Notes: a model not told the origin generated them from the sequence alone. A stretch of 64,000 nucleotides of DNA from a virus (IMGVR_UViG_3300016471_001035:64001-128000); one strand, 5' to 3'; shown: positions 37,957-49,091, numbered from the stretch's first letter. Numbers and translations: made by a program.

Positions 37957-38865
37957 GTGAACAATCCGTTTACCAGTGCCCTTAATGGTTTAGGACAAAA
38001 TTTTACAGGTCTTTTTACTGGTACAAACCCATCATTTGCCCCTCAAATAACCGATCTATTTGGGTTTAATATACCTGGAGTACCCTTAATTTCTGTAAGA
38101 GATTATTTTCTCGTGCAGATGGAATCTTGGTTTACTTCCATTCCTAACTCGAGTCAGTGGATAATAGTAATTGATAAATATCCACCTGCTCTACAATCAA
38201 GTGTTATACAGGGACTAGAGAGAGTTGATGGTAGCCGTAAGGGGTATGATATTAGTACAGCTAAAAATATTTTAGCAAGTTTTCCTCTTCAAAAAATTAT
38301 TGGATGTTTATTTGCCCATGAAGTTACAATACCAACAGAACAGTTTGATATACTCTCTGCATCTGTACCCAACAATAGAGGATTTTTACCGGGTATTTTA
38401 GGCGGAGGTAGAAACACAGAACCGCCCGCTTTAGTAGTTGATTTTAGAGAAACCAATACGTCGTTTATTGACTTTGTTGTTAGACCGTGGGTCATTCTTG
38501 GCTCACATTTTGGTATGGCAGCTCGCCCGGGCGATACCTCTAATTCTAAAAGCTTTTATAATATGAAATGTAATATGACACTTATAAATTTTGCAGCTAC
38601 CATACAAGGTATTTCGATGATTCCTAGAAAAGTTTTTAATTTCTTCAATTGTATGCCATATCAGGTGTCTGAGCAAAGCTATGACTACACTGATTCTAGA
38701 CTAACCTCTTACAATACAAGATGGACATATTCACACTATACTGTAGAAAATAATTTATACTTGCCTATTGCTGATATAGTTAATAGAATATCTCAAGGTG
38801 AAATACCAAGAGTTACAAGCTTCCAAAACGGGCTTAGCATAACTAATCCTTTAGGCTTTTTATAA
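37957..38865 (+). CDS. baseplate tube initiator (gp54-like)
   Basis: Tube-like fold (DFRETN, FFNCMP); position. Confidence 0.5.
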   Translation: MNNPFTSALNGLGQNFTGLFTGTNPSFAPQITDLFGFNIPGVPLISVRDYFLVQMESWFTSIPNSSQWIIVIDKYPPALQSSVIQGLERVDGSRKGYDISTAKNILASFPLQKIIGCLFAHEVTIPTEQFDILSASVPNNRGFLPGILGGGRNTEPPALVVDFRETNTSFIDFVVRPWVILGSHFGMAARPGDTSNSKSFYNMKCNMTLINFAATIQGISMIPRKVFNFFNCMPYQVSEQSYDYTDSRLTSYNTRWTYSHYTVENNLYLPIADIVNRISQGEIPRVTSFQNGLSITNPLGFL

Positions 38866-39698
38866 TGTCATTTTATTTAAACTTTACAGCTCCAACTACC
38901 AAAAAAAGTTTAAGATTAAAAGAGCTTAACTTTTTACAATACAAGACTCTTAATAAATTTTTAATTAATAACAATAATACACATATTGCAGAATATTTTG
39001 ATCAGATTTTAAAAGAATGTATTTTAGACGAAGCCACAGAACTTACTAACTTTGATAAGTTTTGTGCTCTTTTTCTACTAAGATGTACTTGCGTTTCACC
39101 AGATATAGAATTTTACATAGGTACAAACACTCAAAAAACATCCTTATTAAATTTTCTTAAAGATTGCTTAGACTTTGATACTGAGTTTAATAGAAAAATT
39201 TCTATTGACAAAAGTATAGAATTACAATTATCGTTACCAAAAAATTTAAACTTTGAAACAACTTTCGATGCATTGCATGATTGTATAACAGGGGTGATTT
39301 ATGAAGGAAAAAAATTAATTTACAGAAATGTAAATGAACTTATTGAAGTTCTACCAGCAGGTATTACCACTCACTTAAAGGATTTTAGCGATGATTTAGA
39401 AAAAAGTTTTAAAAAGCTAATCTTTAAAGTAGGAGTCAAAGAATCAGAACAATTCTCTATTTCTCCTTTTAATTTGTCTTTATTAGAAGTTTTAAAAGCT
39501 TTATTTAGCTCTAATTTAAAAAATATTTTAGAACTGCAATATCTACTTGTAAGCAAATGTAGATACAACCCAGATTACATTGATAAGAGTACATTAATGG
39601 AGAACCTAATTTTAGTCAACATATACGAAACAGAAGTTAAAGCTATAAACGAAGAGCAAGATAAAGCATTGGAGAAAACCAAGCCTGGTAATAAATAG
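38865..39698 (+). CDS. baseplate hub assembly protein (gp26/gp51-like)
   Basis: Position; paralogous-looking pattern with the next gene. Confidence 0.4.
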   Translation: MSFYLNFTAPTTKKSLRLKELNFLQYKTLNKFLINNNNTHIAEYFDQILKECILDEATELTNFDKFCALFLLRCTCVSPDIEFYIGTNTQKTSLLNFLKDCLDFDTEFNRKISIDKSIELQLSLPKNLNFETTFDALHDCITGVIYEGKKLIYRNVNELIEVLPAGITTHLKDFSDDLEKSFKKLIFKVGVKESEQFSISPFNLSLLEVLKALFSSNLKNILELQYLLVSKCRYNPDYIDKSTLMENLILVNIYETEVKAINEEQDKALEKTKPGNK

Positions 39699-39702
39699 GT
39701 TT

Positions 39703-40455
39703 ATGGATAACTTTTCTAGTGCATTAAATTCTTTAGAAAGCCTGACAAAAGCATACGATATTTTTGTCCCCTCTTTAAACAAAAAAGTTAAATTTAAAGG
39801 CTTAACAACAAAGCAACAAAAAGACGCAGTAAAAACCGCGTTAGATAAGAACATTACAGGCTTAACATTCTCTAATCTTTTAAACAAAATAATTTCTGAA
39901 AATTCATTAGAAAAAAATGTATATCTACTAACTGATAGAAATTACATTGTAACTGCTTTGAGAGTTTTATCTTTATCAACAAAAGTCACGGTTGAAGAAG
40001 AAGAAAAGGATATATCGTTTGTAACTAATTTTAACTTGCCTCTTCCTGAGGAATTAAAAAAATTAGATATTTCTGACGATAACGTTTTAATTTCAGTATC
40101 GATACCAACTCTTGAAAAAGATACGTTTGTAAACAATGAAACAAGAAAAAAGCTCGCTCCCTTACCAGATGACGATAATTTCGCTAAAGAGTCTTTAGGT
40201 GAAGTTTATGTAAATGAGCTCATAAAATATTTAGACAAAGTTTCAGTTACTGCGGGAGGCAACGTTAACGTTATAGTAATGAATGACCTAACATTTGACC
40301 AAAAGACGCAGCTAGTAGAAAAGCTTCCATTAAATATTAATACTAAATTAGTAAATTACATTAATAATGTAAAAGCGTTTGAAAAGAAATACTTTACATC
40401 ACCTTCCGGCGAAGAATTAGACATTAATATAGACCCCACTCTTTTCACTGTCTAA
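39703..40455 (+). CDS. baseplate hub assembly chaperone (gp26-like)
   Basis: VPSLNKKVKFKGLTTKQQK, DRNYI..LR..S patterns. Confidence 0.55.
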   Translation: MDNFSSALNSLESLTKAYDIFVPSLNKKVKFKGLTTKQQKDAVKTALDKNITGLTFSNLLNKIISENSLEKNVYLLTDRNYIVTALRVLSLSTKVTVEEEEKDISFVTNFNLPLPEELKKLDISDDNVLISVSIPTLEKDTFVNNETRKKLAPLPDDDNFAKESLGEVYVNELIKYLDKVSVTAGGNVNVIVMNDLTFDQKTQLVEKLPLNINTKLVNYINNVKAFEKKYFTSPSGEELDINIDPTLFTV

Positions 40456-40481
40456 ATTAATATTTTAATTAAATATTAATA

Positions 40482-42407
40482 ATGAAAGATGACGGAACGT
40501 CTTCAATGATAGGCGACTCCTCCTCCGTACAAGAACAATTAACAACTATTATTGGGCTTTTAACTAAAAAGGCAGCCACAGAAGAAGCATTAAAGCCAGG
40601 AATATTAAAAAACCTACAGGACAGTCTATTCCCAGAGCAAAAAAGCGAGAGATCATCATTTAGAAGACTAAAACAAAAGCAAAAAACATATCAGGGGATA
40701 CCTATTGCAATTGATTCAATTACTCCTGAAGGCAGGAGAGATATTAAAAGAGCATTTTCAAATGTAATATCTTTTGAGGTAGACTATGAAAAGCCAAATG
40801 TTAAAAGCGGTCCTTGGGCAAAATTTTTCTTCTTTTTAGCTTTATTATTTGGAATACTTGTAGGTGCAATTACTCAAATTATTAAAGATGTAAGAGGTTT
40901 ATTTAGAATAATAAAAACTAAATTTAAAAATCTCTTTACTTTTTTAGGTAAAACTAAAATAGGTCAGTTTATAACAAAACTTTTTAATGGTATTAAAAGT
41001 AAATTTTTAAATGCAATAAAATTTATTAAAAACAATTCAATAGTAAAAGCAATATCCGGGTTTTTTACTAACATAAAAAATAATCTTTTAAATAAATTTA
41101 AAAAAATTACAGATTTAGCTAGTAAGCTTTTTAAAACAATAAGCGCTAGAGTAATAGCGTTTTTTAATACAGTAAAAAATATTGTTGTAAAAATAAGAAA
41201 TTTTTTTAAGCCAATAACTGCTTTTTTAAGTAAATTTACTAAAATAGGTTCTGTTATAGGAAAAGCTGGTAAAATGTTTCAAGGATTTTTAGGTTTTTTT
41301 GGCAAACTATCAAAGTTTTTTGGTTTGGGGTTAAAATTAGGCAGGCTATTAGGTAAAGCTTTATTTCCTTTGTTTTTATTAATTGATACCGTAGGAGGAT
41401 TATTTAAATCATTTAATGATCCAAAATTAAAAGATAAAAGCCTTTTTCAAAAAATTATTACAGGTCTTGTAGCAGGTATAGCTAAATTTTTTGATATATT
41501 TGAAATATTTGGGTTAGAGCTATTTGGCTTTGATGAAATAAGAGATAGATTTGATAAAATATTTACAGCCTTTAAAGGTGGAATTATAAATGGTATTTTA
41601 GAATGGTTTAATCAAATTCAATCGTATGCCATAGGGTTAATTGGTAAAGTTATTGGTTGGATAGTTGGGTGGTTTAATAAAGATGCCGGTAAAGCTATAA
41701 CAGAATGGTCTAAAAATTTTGATTTAGGTAAATTTATAATAGAAACTGTAGGAGCAGTAGTAAAATGGTTTAAAAAAATATTTAATTTTATAGGCGGTAT
41801 TAAAGACACAGTTGCTAGCGCTTATGGGAAGATAAAAGAATTTGCTACCGGTCTTTACGATAAAATTATAGGATTTGTAAAAAACGTAGTAGACGCTATT
41901 GCTAATATTTTTAACATTAAAAAAATTAAAGATTGGATAAAAGACAAATTAGGGTTTGGCCCTACAGAAAAACAAGTTGAAATTAAATCACCCACACCTG
42001 TTGGAGACATAGTTGATACTAGTGATAGGACTATTTTTTCAAAACGAGGTTCTTATTCATTAGATAAAAACGATGAAATTCTTGCTATGAAAAAGGGCGG
42101 ACCTATAGCAGAAATTATGTTAAATAACACAAGAGGGTCGTTAGATGCTCTTAAAAATTTAAATGATACTGCTAAAAAAATTAATGAAGCTGTTGATAGA
42201 TTTGCAAAATCAGCAAATTCTATGCAAGATAGAGAGATAAAGCTTATGCAAGAAAATCTTATACTGTTAAAAGACCTAAAAGATAAGAATAATTCATCTA
42301 ATGTAGTAGTGCAAAACAATTCAAATAGTAATGTATTTAGTGAAAAAACTAGCTCGAATATTGATATGAGAAAAGACCTGGCTTTAAGGAGTAGCTTTCC
42401 TTTTTAA
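40482..42407 (+). CDS. tape measure protein-like (gp29 position)
   Basis: 641 aa; long amphipathic F/W-periodic helical repeats with TM-like segments. Confidence 0.7.
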   Translation: MKDDGTSSMIGDSSSVQEQLTTIIGLLTKKAATEEALKPGILKNLQDSLFPEQKSERSSFRRLKQKQKTYQGIPIAIDSITPEGRRDIKRAFSNVISFEVDYEKPNVKSGPWAKFFFFLALLFGILVGAITQIIKDVRGLFRIIKTKFKNLFTFLGKTKIGQFITKLFNGIKSKFLNAIKFIKNNSIVKAISGFFTNIKNNLLNKFKKITDLASKLFKTISARVIAFFNTVKNIVVKIRNFFKPITAFLSKFTKIGSVIGKAGKMFQGFLGFFGKLSKFFGLGLKLGRLLGKALFPLFLLIDTVGGLFKSFNDPKLKDKSLFQKIITGLVAGIAKFFDIFEIFGLELFGFDEIRDRFDKIFTAFKGGIINGILEWFNQIQSYAIGLIGKVIGWIVGWFNKDAGKAITEWSKNFDLGKFIIETVGAVVKWFKKIFNFIGGIKDTVASAYGKIKEFATGLYDKIIGFVKNVVDAIANIFNIKKIKDWIKDKLGFGPTEKQVEIKSPTPVGDIVDTSDRTIFSKRGSYSLDKNDEILAMKKGGPIAEIMLNNTRGSLDALKNLNDTAKKINEAVDRFAKSANSMQDREIKLMQENLILLKDLKDKNNSSNVVVQNNSNSNVFSEKTSSNIDMRKDLALRSSFPF

Positions 42408-42410
42408 TTT

Positions 42411-43694
42411 ATGAATCATGTATTTTCAATAAGCAGATCTACCTCGTTAAATAGCTTTAAGCAAAGCAACACGGTAGACGTTGAACCGCCTTTACTAGTT
42501 TCTCCTCAAAATACCCCTTTAGGGTCTGGTATAGGTAAAAGCACTGCTACACCTCAAGGCAATATAGTCAACGTGGTAAGAGATTTTTATTGGACACATT
42601 CAAAATTAGTTGGGTCAAGAAAAGAAGTACCTAGAATTATATTATCTGAAAAAAGACTAAAAGCTAATGCATTAATTTCGCAGCTAAAATATGCTTTTGG
42701 TGTTAGTTCAGCCGCGGTAGGTGAATTTGTTAATAATTTACCTGAAAACATAAAATCACCGCTACAAACTTTTGGAAAAAAATTAGCTGAATCACAAACT
42801 GGGCAAGCAACAACCGATTTTGTTAATAGAATTAATGAGGGGCTTAATATAGATGATGATAATAATGTTTATAAACAAAATCCGTTTTTATCTCCTTATC
42901 AAAACCTCTATATAACTGAACCTACAGGTTGGGAGTTTATATTACCCTACTTTGATAATTACAATAATGCGGCTGCAAACGCATTTACTGAAGATATGGG
43001 CGGAGCTTCCGGTTTAAGCTTTTTAAAAGAAGGTGTTGATTTAGTCACAGGGTTTGCACAGATGGCAAGCGTCTTAAGAGCTCCCACACAAGTAACATTT
43101 GTAGAAAAAGCAAAATTTTATAATTATCCCACAGAGGGTGAAGAATTTACTTTTGGATTTCCTCTAATAAACACCGGGTCTGCGACATTTGATGATGTCG
43201 TACGCAATTGGGAATTATTATTTTTATTACTTTATAATAATAAACCGTCAAGAAAAAATGTATCTGTAATAGACCCTCCTGTTATTTATCAAGTAGAAAT
43301 ACCAGGGGTAAAGTTCCTACCTTTCTGCTACATTCAAAGCATTGCAGTCGATTTTCAAGGCTCGAGGCGCGAAATAGATTTTAACCTACAATTAGTTGAC
43401 AACATAAATGTTGATGCGTCAACCCCAAATCTGCAAAATGGACCAGTAAGGCCCGGTGAGCAGCTATCAGAAAATGTTGTAAGGTTCTTTAATAATCAAA
43501 TAACTAACAGGTCTGTTAGTACTATAGTTCCGGATGCATACAATATAAAAATAACTGTAAAAAGCTTATTACCAGAGACTAAGAATTTTATGTATACTGT
43601 TTTAAACAAAAATAATATAGTTTCAGCGAGAACTCTTGGAGCTGAAGCCGAAGGTACTCTAAATCCAATAGTAAATCCCACTGGTGGACCGTAA
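42411..43694 (+). CDS. baseplate tube cap (gp48-like)
   Basis: F.FPL.N, PPVIYQV.IPG..F.P.CYI..I.VDF.G motifs. Confidence 0.55.
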   Translation: MNHVFSISRSTSLNSFKQSNTVDVEPPLLVSPQNTPLGSGIGKSTATPQGNIVNVVRDFYWTHSKLVGSRKEVPRIILSEKRLKANALISQLKYAFGVSSAAVGEFVNNLPENIKSPLQTFGKKLAESQTGQATTDFVNRINEGLNIDDDNNVYKQNPFLSPYQNLYITEPTGWEFILPYFDNYNNAAANAFTEDMGGASGLSFLKEGVDLVTGFAQMASVLRAPTQVTFVEKAKFYNYPTEGEEFTFGFPLINTGSATFDDVVRNWELLFLLLYNNKPSRKNVSVIDPPVIYQVEIPGVKFLPFCYIQSIAVDFQGSRREIDFNLQLVDNINVDASTPNLQNGPVRPGEQLSENVVRFFNNQITNRSVSTIVPDAYNIKITVKSLLPETKNFMYTVLNKNNIVSARTLGAEAEGTLNPIVNPTGGP

Positions 43695-43714
43695 GTTGTC
43701 TAATAAGTATTTTT

Positions 43715-44077
43715 ATGGAAGGTGAATACCAGAGCGATATTAACGAACTACCTTTTTTAAAAAGTTACAGATATGAAAATATCTTTAAAATCTATAAAAA
43801 CGGTGACGATCAATACTACTATAACTTACTACAAAGCGTTTTTTTACCCGACAAAATAGATGAAGATTATGTATATTATCAATTAGTTACTAAAACTATG
43901 CCTTGGACTATCGTAAGTTTTAACGCTTATAAAACTATAGAACTTTGGTGGCTGGTTTGCTTAGCAAACAAAATCTACAATCCAATTGTGTTACCTAAAG
44001 AAAATCAATTACTTAAAATAATAAGACCACAATTTGTACCTAATGTTGTTAACGAAATTACTCAAGCGTTGAGATAA
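43715..44077 (+). CDS. gp53: baseplate wedge gp53-like (LysM-like)
   Basis: SFNAYKTIELWWLVCLANKIYNP. Confidence 0.75.
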   Translation: MEGEYQSDINELPFLKSYRYENIFKIYKNGDDQYYYNLLQSVFLPDKIDEDYVYYQLVTKTMPWTIVSFNAYKTIELWWLVCLANKIYNPIVLPKENQLLKIIRPQFVPNVVNEITQALR

Positions 44078-44081
44078 TATT

Positions 44082-45713
44082 ATGGCTACAGCTATTACAC
44101 CAGAAATTGCATCAGGAAAAGTACCTCCTCTGGGGTCAGAGAAGCGCACAACTAACATAATAAATAATAATCCATACAAATTTAATGTAAGTCTTATTAC
44201 AGCAGACGGAAGATATCAAGAGCTTAGAATAGGTGCTATAAATTCGTTAGTTATAGAAGACACCTTTACAAATTTCTACCATAAAGGCTACATTATACTG
44301 AATAATACCTTTGATGCATTAGAGAGAATTGTAGAGATGGAGAAACCAAGAGATCAATCGTCTGGTAATTCAGCTAATTCTGTCTCAAAGCAAAAAGGGT
44401 TTTTAATGAGAGGAGATTCACGAGATTTATTAGTCGTAGATATAATGCCTATATTTGATGACGATAAAGATAGTGTTGATACATCTATGAATGACGAAGA
44501 TGCAAACAAAGCATTTTTAATTTCAATAGTTTTTAGTATTTACAACACTGAAGAAGTTATAGGTTCATCACCCGGGCAAAAGTTTAAAAAACTGTATTTT
44601 TGGGACATGCACTATGAGCTTTTAAGAGAGAAAAACTCTTACTTCTCCACTGCTAAAAGCTTTAAAGAAGGTACTCTGGTAACATCTTTAGATGATAGCG
44701 AAAGAGCTCTATATACCGGAGATGCAATAAAAGAGTTTTTACTAGATTTCTTTAAAGAAGAAGATGGTTGGCCTATTAAAATAGATGAAGAGCATTTTGA
44801 TCAGGGGTCTACTAAGGTATTTTTTTCAGCTCCCGCGAGATTTAAAGGAATAGATTGTTTAGAATACTTAACTAACAGACATACTTCAAGTATAAAAAAC
44901 AACTTTGATCAAGCCTTTTTAAATATAGAAAGAAATACTTCATTATTTAGTTTTAAGAGTTTAGCCGATGTATACAAGACCGCTTTAAATAATATTTCTA
45001 ATAATAACGTAGTTTTAGGTAGTAGTTATTTAGAAACATTTAAACTAGGTGCTTATTCTGAAACATCTAATACAGAAGAAACAATGACTTTAGAAAGAGT
45101 AGATTTCACTCCCGCAGGTGCTCTATTTTTTGATAAATATGGAACTATAAACAATTTTTCCTATGACCCTCTTCCTGGTGAAATTACCCAACACAATATT
45201 GCTCCTGTGCTAGTCCATAGCTACGATCATGACTGTAAACAATTTAATATAGATTTTGAACGCAATAGTATGCAATCTACACTGTCTACATTTAAAGAAA
45301 ATTACGTAGATACATTTAAAAAAGCTAGTAAGACATTTAACAATGTTTATGAAAATGTATTTCCTGGTGAATATAGATTAAAAAATAAGAATGTAAGAAA
45401 TGTGTTTACTATTATTAATGACCCTGATCAACGACTTTCGCAAGGAAGAAACAAAGTACTATACAATTCTATTTTTATGAATAGTACCATTACTTTTAAA
45501 GTGCCCGGCTCTACTCACCGTCAAGCCGGTCATTTCATAGGATTAAATTTTGACGGCGCTTCTAACTCTAGTGAATTTAATAAAAAACTGCTAGGTGTGT
45601 ATTTTCTAATTAATGTAAAACATATATTTGAAGGTAATGAATATTTCAATGAAATCCGCGCAGTTAAAACCTACAATTACGAGGATTTACTACTAAATAA
45701 GGAGAGCAGATAA
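44082..45713 (+). CDS. baseplate hub protein (gp27-like)
   Basis: IED...GYI N-terminus; VPG...AG..I..G.Y.LI.VKH.F...Y.N.I C-terminus. Confidence 0.6.
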   Translation: MATAITPEIASGKVPPLGSEKRTTNIINNNPYKFNVSLITADGRYQELRIGAINSLVIEDTFTNFYHKGYIILNNTFDALERIVEMEKPRDQSSGNSANSVSKQKGFLMRGDSRDLLVVDIMPIFDDDKDSVDTSMNDEDANKAFLISIVFSIYNTEEVIGSSPGQKFKKLYFWDMHYELLREKNSYFSTAKSFKEGTLVTSLDDSERALYTGDAIKEFLLDFFKEEDGWPIKIDEEHFDQGSTKVFFSAPARFKGIDCLEYLTNRHTSSIKNNFDQAFLNIERNTSLFSFKSLADVYKTALNNISNNNVVLGSSYLETFKLGAYSETSNTEETMTLERVDFTPAGALFFDKYGTINNFSYDPLPGEITQHNIAPVLVHSYDHDCKQFNIDFERNSMQSTLSTFKENYVDTFKKASKTFNNVYENVFPGEYRLKNKNVRNVFTIINDPDQRLSQGRNKVLYNSIFMNSTITFKVPGSTHRQAGHFIGLNFDGASNSSEFNKKLLGVYFLINVKHIFEGNEYFNEIRAVKTYNYEDLLLNKESR

Positions 45714-45714
45714 T

Positions 45715-48096
45715 ATGGCAACTACATTTACAAGAGATACGGCGACATCTACTAGTACTATTTTAAACAAAGCTATAATGGGTATGGCTCTACCTCATGA
45801 TCAAGCTAGAGATTACAGTACCTTTCTTCAGGTAATGGGTAGTAATGCAGAGCCTAACCCCGGTTTAGGCACTTCATCTAGTGTAGGCACGTTTAGTAGA
45901 TCTGCAACGCCAACTGGAGGCGCACTAGTACCAAACAGTAGAGGTAAAGTTAATAGCGGTGCGCTTTATAACTTTCTAAAGCAAGAGATAGAAAATTCTA
46001 AATTATTGGGGTTTGTTCCTAAAGACGGTAAGAAATACGGAATTGATGGATCCGGAGATTCTTATGCAGATTTCATGACTCAAACTGCTCAATGGGAATC
46101 GGGGTTTAGAGTAAATGCTAAAGGCGATGTTGGAAGATATAGGGGCGGTTCTAATGGTTTATTCCAGCTGTCACCTGACGACGCTCTTACGTATAAAATT
46201 CAAAAAACACCTTTTACTATTCAACAGCTACAAGACCCGGCTTTAAACGCCAGGGTTGCTGTAAAGATATTAGAAGATAACGTATTGAGAGACGGTGTAA
46301 TGGTAGGTCAATCAGGCCCAAGCACGTTTTTAGGGGCTTCAGCTTATTGGGGCCCTCACAGACCAAATAGACCTTCAGATCAACGTATAAAAATAACTCC
46401 TGGTAAATTTATACCCGCTAGTACAGCTGCTAAAGATATAGAATCAGATACTGTACAAACGCTTAGTAGAATATCTACAGAATATAAGAGAACATTAACG
46501 TCACCGGCGCCTGTAAATCAGCGTACTATATTTTTTACTAGTTTTGACGGTAAGGTAATATCAAATAATTTAGATAATAGACATGCGTTTGATTACTTTA
46601 GGGCTTTTTCATCACAAGCAGAATCCATGTATGAATCTGTACCTAGTAGTTTATTTGATGAAGATTCCTTTTTAAGCCCCCCTAGCGATTCGCTAGGGTT
46701 TTTCTCAACAAATGTGTTTCCTAAGTTTACGCCAGGTGTTGCTCCTGCTTGGGATTTTAATAGCTTTGGAGCTATACAAGACAATAATGCTTTAATTTTT
46801 TCAAAAGATACTTGGTCTACTAGCTATGGCGGACCTTACATGTTTGCTGGTAATAATGTTCAAAAAGTTTCAGATAACACTTACATGATGACTGTTGATA
46901 TGAGTGATATAACTCAATCTCTGCATAATTATAATTTTCAAAATATAGTAAGAAAAAATCAGAGTAGTGATGTATTTGGTGGAGGAGATCAAACCCAGTC
47001 TTCTCAACTAGTAGGAACTACTGATTTACCAAGCTACATAGATCATTACAATAATAAAAGCTATTACCTAGAAGATTTTAAAGGGCTTTTTCCTAATACT
47101 TTTGAGTATATATCATATTTTAACACAGTAAACGATAATCCTGGCTATAATCCCCGTGATTATAAGAGTAAAAATCTTGAAAAAATGGAAGATATATATG
47201 CAGAACTCAATGTTGAGGGTCAAATTATAAAAGTCGACCTACTTTTAAAAAAATATAAGAAACCTGTTAGTAACAGAAGTATAAAAAGATCATTATGTTT
47301 ATGTGAAGGGTGTGGAGAAGCTAAAGATAACCAGGAAGGCGGCGAAACTCTAGATACAGCTACGATAAATAAAAGATTTCTAGAGCAAGGAACCACAAGA
47401 GGCGGGTTAGAAAGTGCTAAAACAAAGGGTTTATTTAGTGCTAATAGAGGAGCATTAGAAAGTGCTAAAGTAAAGGGAATTTTAAATAGTAATCTCTCAA
47501 TATTTGACAAAGCTGAAGATAAATTAGAACAGGCTAGAGAAGCTTTTTCACTACCTCAACAAAAAGTTGCAGAGTTACAAGCTAAAATAAGTCAGGTAGG
47601 TATTAATAATATTCCAGGACTACAGGATATTACTAGTCCTATTAATGATTTGTTGGGATCGGCGTCAGGGCTAACATCTATATTACAGACGCCTTTAAAT
47701 CTTCCTAACATTCTACCCTCTGTTGACGCCGGTTCTTTCCCTCAAATTGCAGGATTGCTAATGAATACTAATTGGAAGAACTTGGATGTAGGTAGTACTG
47801 TAGAAATTGCAAAACAATTAAATACTATTTTATGCGATTTTAGATTACCAATTATAGGTAAAATAGAATGGGAAGATATTTTCGATATTGATATTGAGGA
47901 TTTTGATATTGGAGAAGAATTTGATAAGTTTATTCAAGGGTTTAAAAAGAAATTTGATAAACTCTTTACAGATCTGCAAGATAAATTTAAGAATTTATTG
48001 CCTAATTTCTTTAAGAACTTAGAAAACTTCTTTAAAGACATATTTACTTGCGACGAAAAACCTAATGTTAAAGATTCAGATAAAAAAGTTAATTAA
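45715..48096 (+). CDS. baseplate/tail protein with lytic transglycosylase (SLT) domain
   Basis: AQWESGF...SNGLFQL...DPALNARVAVKIL lysozyme-like motifs. Confidence 0.65.
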   Translation: MATTFTRDTATSTSTILNKAIMGMALPHDQARDYSTFLQVMGSNAEPNPGLGTSSSVGTFSRSATPTGGALVPNSRGKVNSGALYNFLKQEIENSKLLGFVPKDGKKYGIDGSGDSYADFMTQTAQWESGFRVNAKGDVGRYRGGSNGLFQLSPDDALTYKIQKTPFTIQQLQDPALNARVAVKILEDNVLRDGVMVGQSGPSTFLGASAYWGPHRPNRPSDQRIKITPGKFIPASTAAKDIESDTVQTLSRISTEYKRTLTSPAPVNQRTIFFTSFDGKVISNNLDNRHAFDYFRAFSSQAESMYESVPSSLFDEDSFLSPPSDSLGFFSTNVFPKFTPGVAPAWDFNSFGAIQDNNALIFSKDTWSTSYGGPYMFAGNNVQKVSDNTYMMTVDMSDITQSLHNYNFQNIVRKNQSSDVFGGGDQTQSSQLVGTTDLPSYIDHYNNKSYYLEDFKGLFPNTFEYISYFNTVNDNPGYNPRDYKSKNLEKMEDIYAELNVEGQIIKVDLLLKKYKKPVSNRSIKRSLCLCEGCGEAKDNQEGGETLDTATINKRFLEQGTTRGGLESAKTKGLFSANRGALESAKVKGILNSNLSIFDKAEDKLEQAREAFSLPQQKVAELQAKISQVGINNIPGLQDITSPINDLLGSASGLTSILQTPLNLPNILPSVDAGSFPQIAGLLMNTNWKNLDVGSTVEIAKQLNTILCDFRLPIIGKIEWEDIFDIDIEDFDIGEEFDKFIQGFKKKFDKLFTDLQDKFKNLLPNFFKNLENFFKDIFTCDEKPNVKDSDKKVN

Positions 48097-48557
48097 TTTA
48101 TTACTTCAGAATCGATTATTTTTACGCTTTTGTTAGCATTATCAATTAACATTTTAAATACTTGTTCTCTAGTTGCTAGCAACCTTGCCTGGTTATCAGA
48201 TTCTTTTAATTCTTTTCTTGAATTAATATCCATTTCCTTAGCCTTCAACAAAGTTTCGTTTTTCTTATCAGTAACTATTATTTTATTAAGAGTTTCTATG
48301 GCAGTAGCTGTTGCAGCTATTAGTTCTGCAAGAGACCCTACATCTTTACTTTCTGGAGCAGATGAAATATAGTCCTTTACATTGGACATAACGTCTAAAC
48401 TCTCTTCTACTAATCTACCAGCTTTTTCAACAACAAACTTTTCCATATTTTCTTTAGTTAGAGGATTAGCCTCTTTTTTAACTTGCTCTACTTGCTTATT
48501 GGCATCGCTAAGTTGTTCGAGTAGATCACCTACCATTTCATTAAGCTCTTCGCTCAC
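48093..48557 (-). CDS. gp16: terminase small subunit gp16-like
   Basis: 154 aa helical hairpin (APESKDVGSLAELI), C-terminal ATREQVFKML; late box. Confidence 0.55.
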   Translation of the reverse strand: MSEELNEMVGDLLEQLSDANKQVEQVKKEANPLTKENMEKFVVEKAGRLVEESLDVMSNVKDYISSAPESKDVGSLAELIAATATAIETLNKIIVTDKKNETLLKAKEMDINSRKELKESDNQARLLATREQVFKMLIDNANKSVKIIDSEVIN

Positions 48558-48562
48558 AAAAT

Positions 48563-48568
48563 TATTTA
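48563..48568 (-). promoter_or_regulatory. late promoter (gp16)
   Basis: caTAAATA-N5-GTG. Confidence 0.65.
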
Positions 48569-48577
48569 TGTAAAATA

Positions 48578-48605
48578 TTGAATTTCTACAGTTATAATAT
48601 ATAAT
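48578..48605 (+). promoter_or_regulatory. early promoter of dut-gp44
   Basis: TTGAAT-N16-TATAAT-N6-ATG. Confidence 0.75.
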
Positions 48606-48611
48606 TTAAGT

Positions 48612-49091
48612 ATGTATAATATTAATCCCTATTCTAATAGAGACATAGATCCAAATATACAGTTTATTCCTGTATTAAAGTTTGAGAAAACCCATGAATT
48701 AGCTAAATTACCTTCCAAAAACCATGAATCTGATACAGGATATGACGTCTATTCAATTGAAAGTAAAGTAATACCTGCTAAATCTAGCGCTACAGTAGGC
48801 GTTGGATTAAAATTTGCTTATATTCCTGACGGCTATTGGGTAAAGGTAGAATCTAGAAGCGGTCTAGGGTTTAAGCACAGTATACTAGCTCATCCCGGTA
48901 TTATAGATAGTGGTTATAGAGGTGATGCTGGGGTAAAACTGTACAATTTGTCTGATAAAGATTATGAAATTAAAGAAGGAGATAGAATAGCTCAATTTGT
49001 CATATATTTTAATATTTCTATGCCAGTAGAATGGGGGGTCGCAGAAAAATCTGAAAGAGGTGAAAAGGGATTTGGATCATCCGGTAAGTAA
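48612..49091 (+). CDS. dut: trimeric dUTPase
   Basis: GYDV, SRSGL, GIIDSGYRG, DRIAQ, RGEKGFGSSG. Confidence 0.95.
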   Translation: MYNINPYSNRDIDPNIQFIPVLKFEKTHELAKLPSKNHESDTGYDVYSIESKVIPAKSSATVGVGLKFAYIPDGYWVKVESRSGLGFKHSILAHPGIIDSGYRGDAGVKLYNLSDKDYEIKEGDRIAQFVIYFNISMPVEWGVAEKSERGEKGFGSSGK

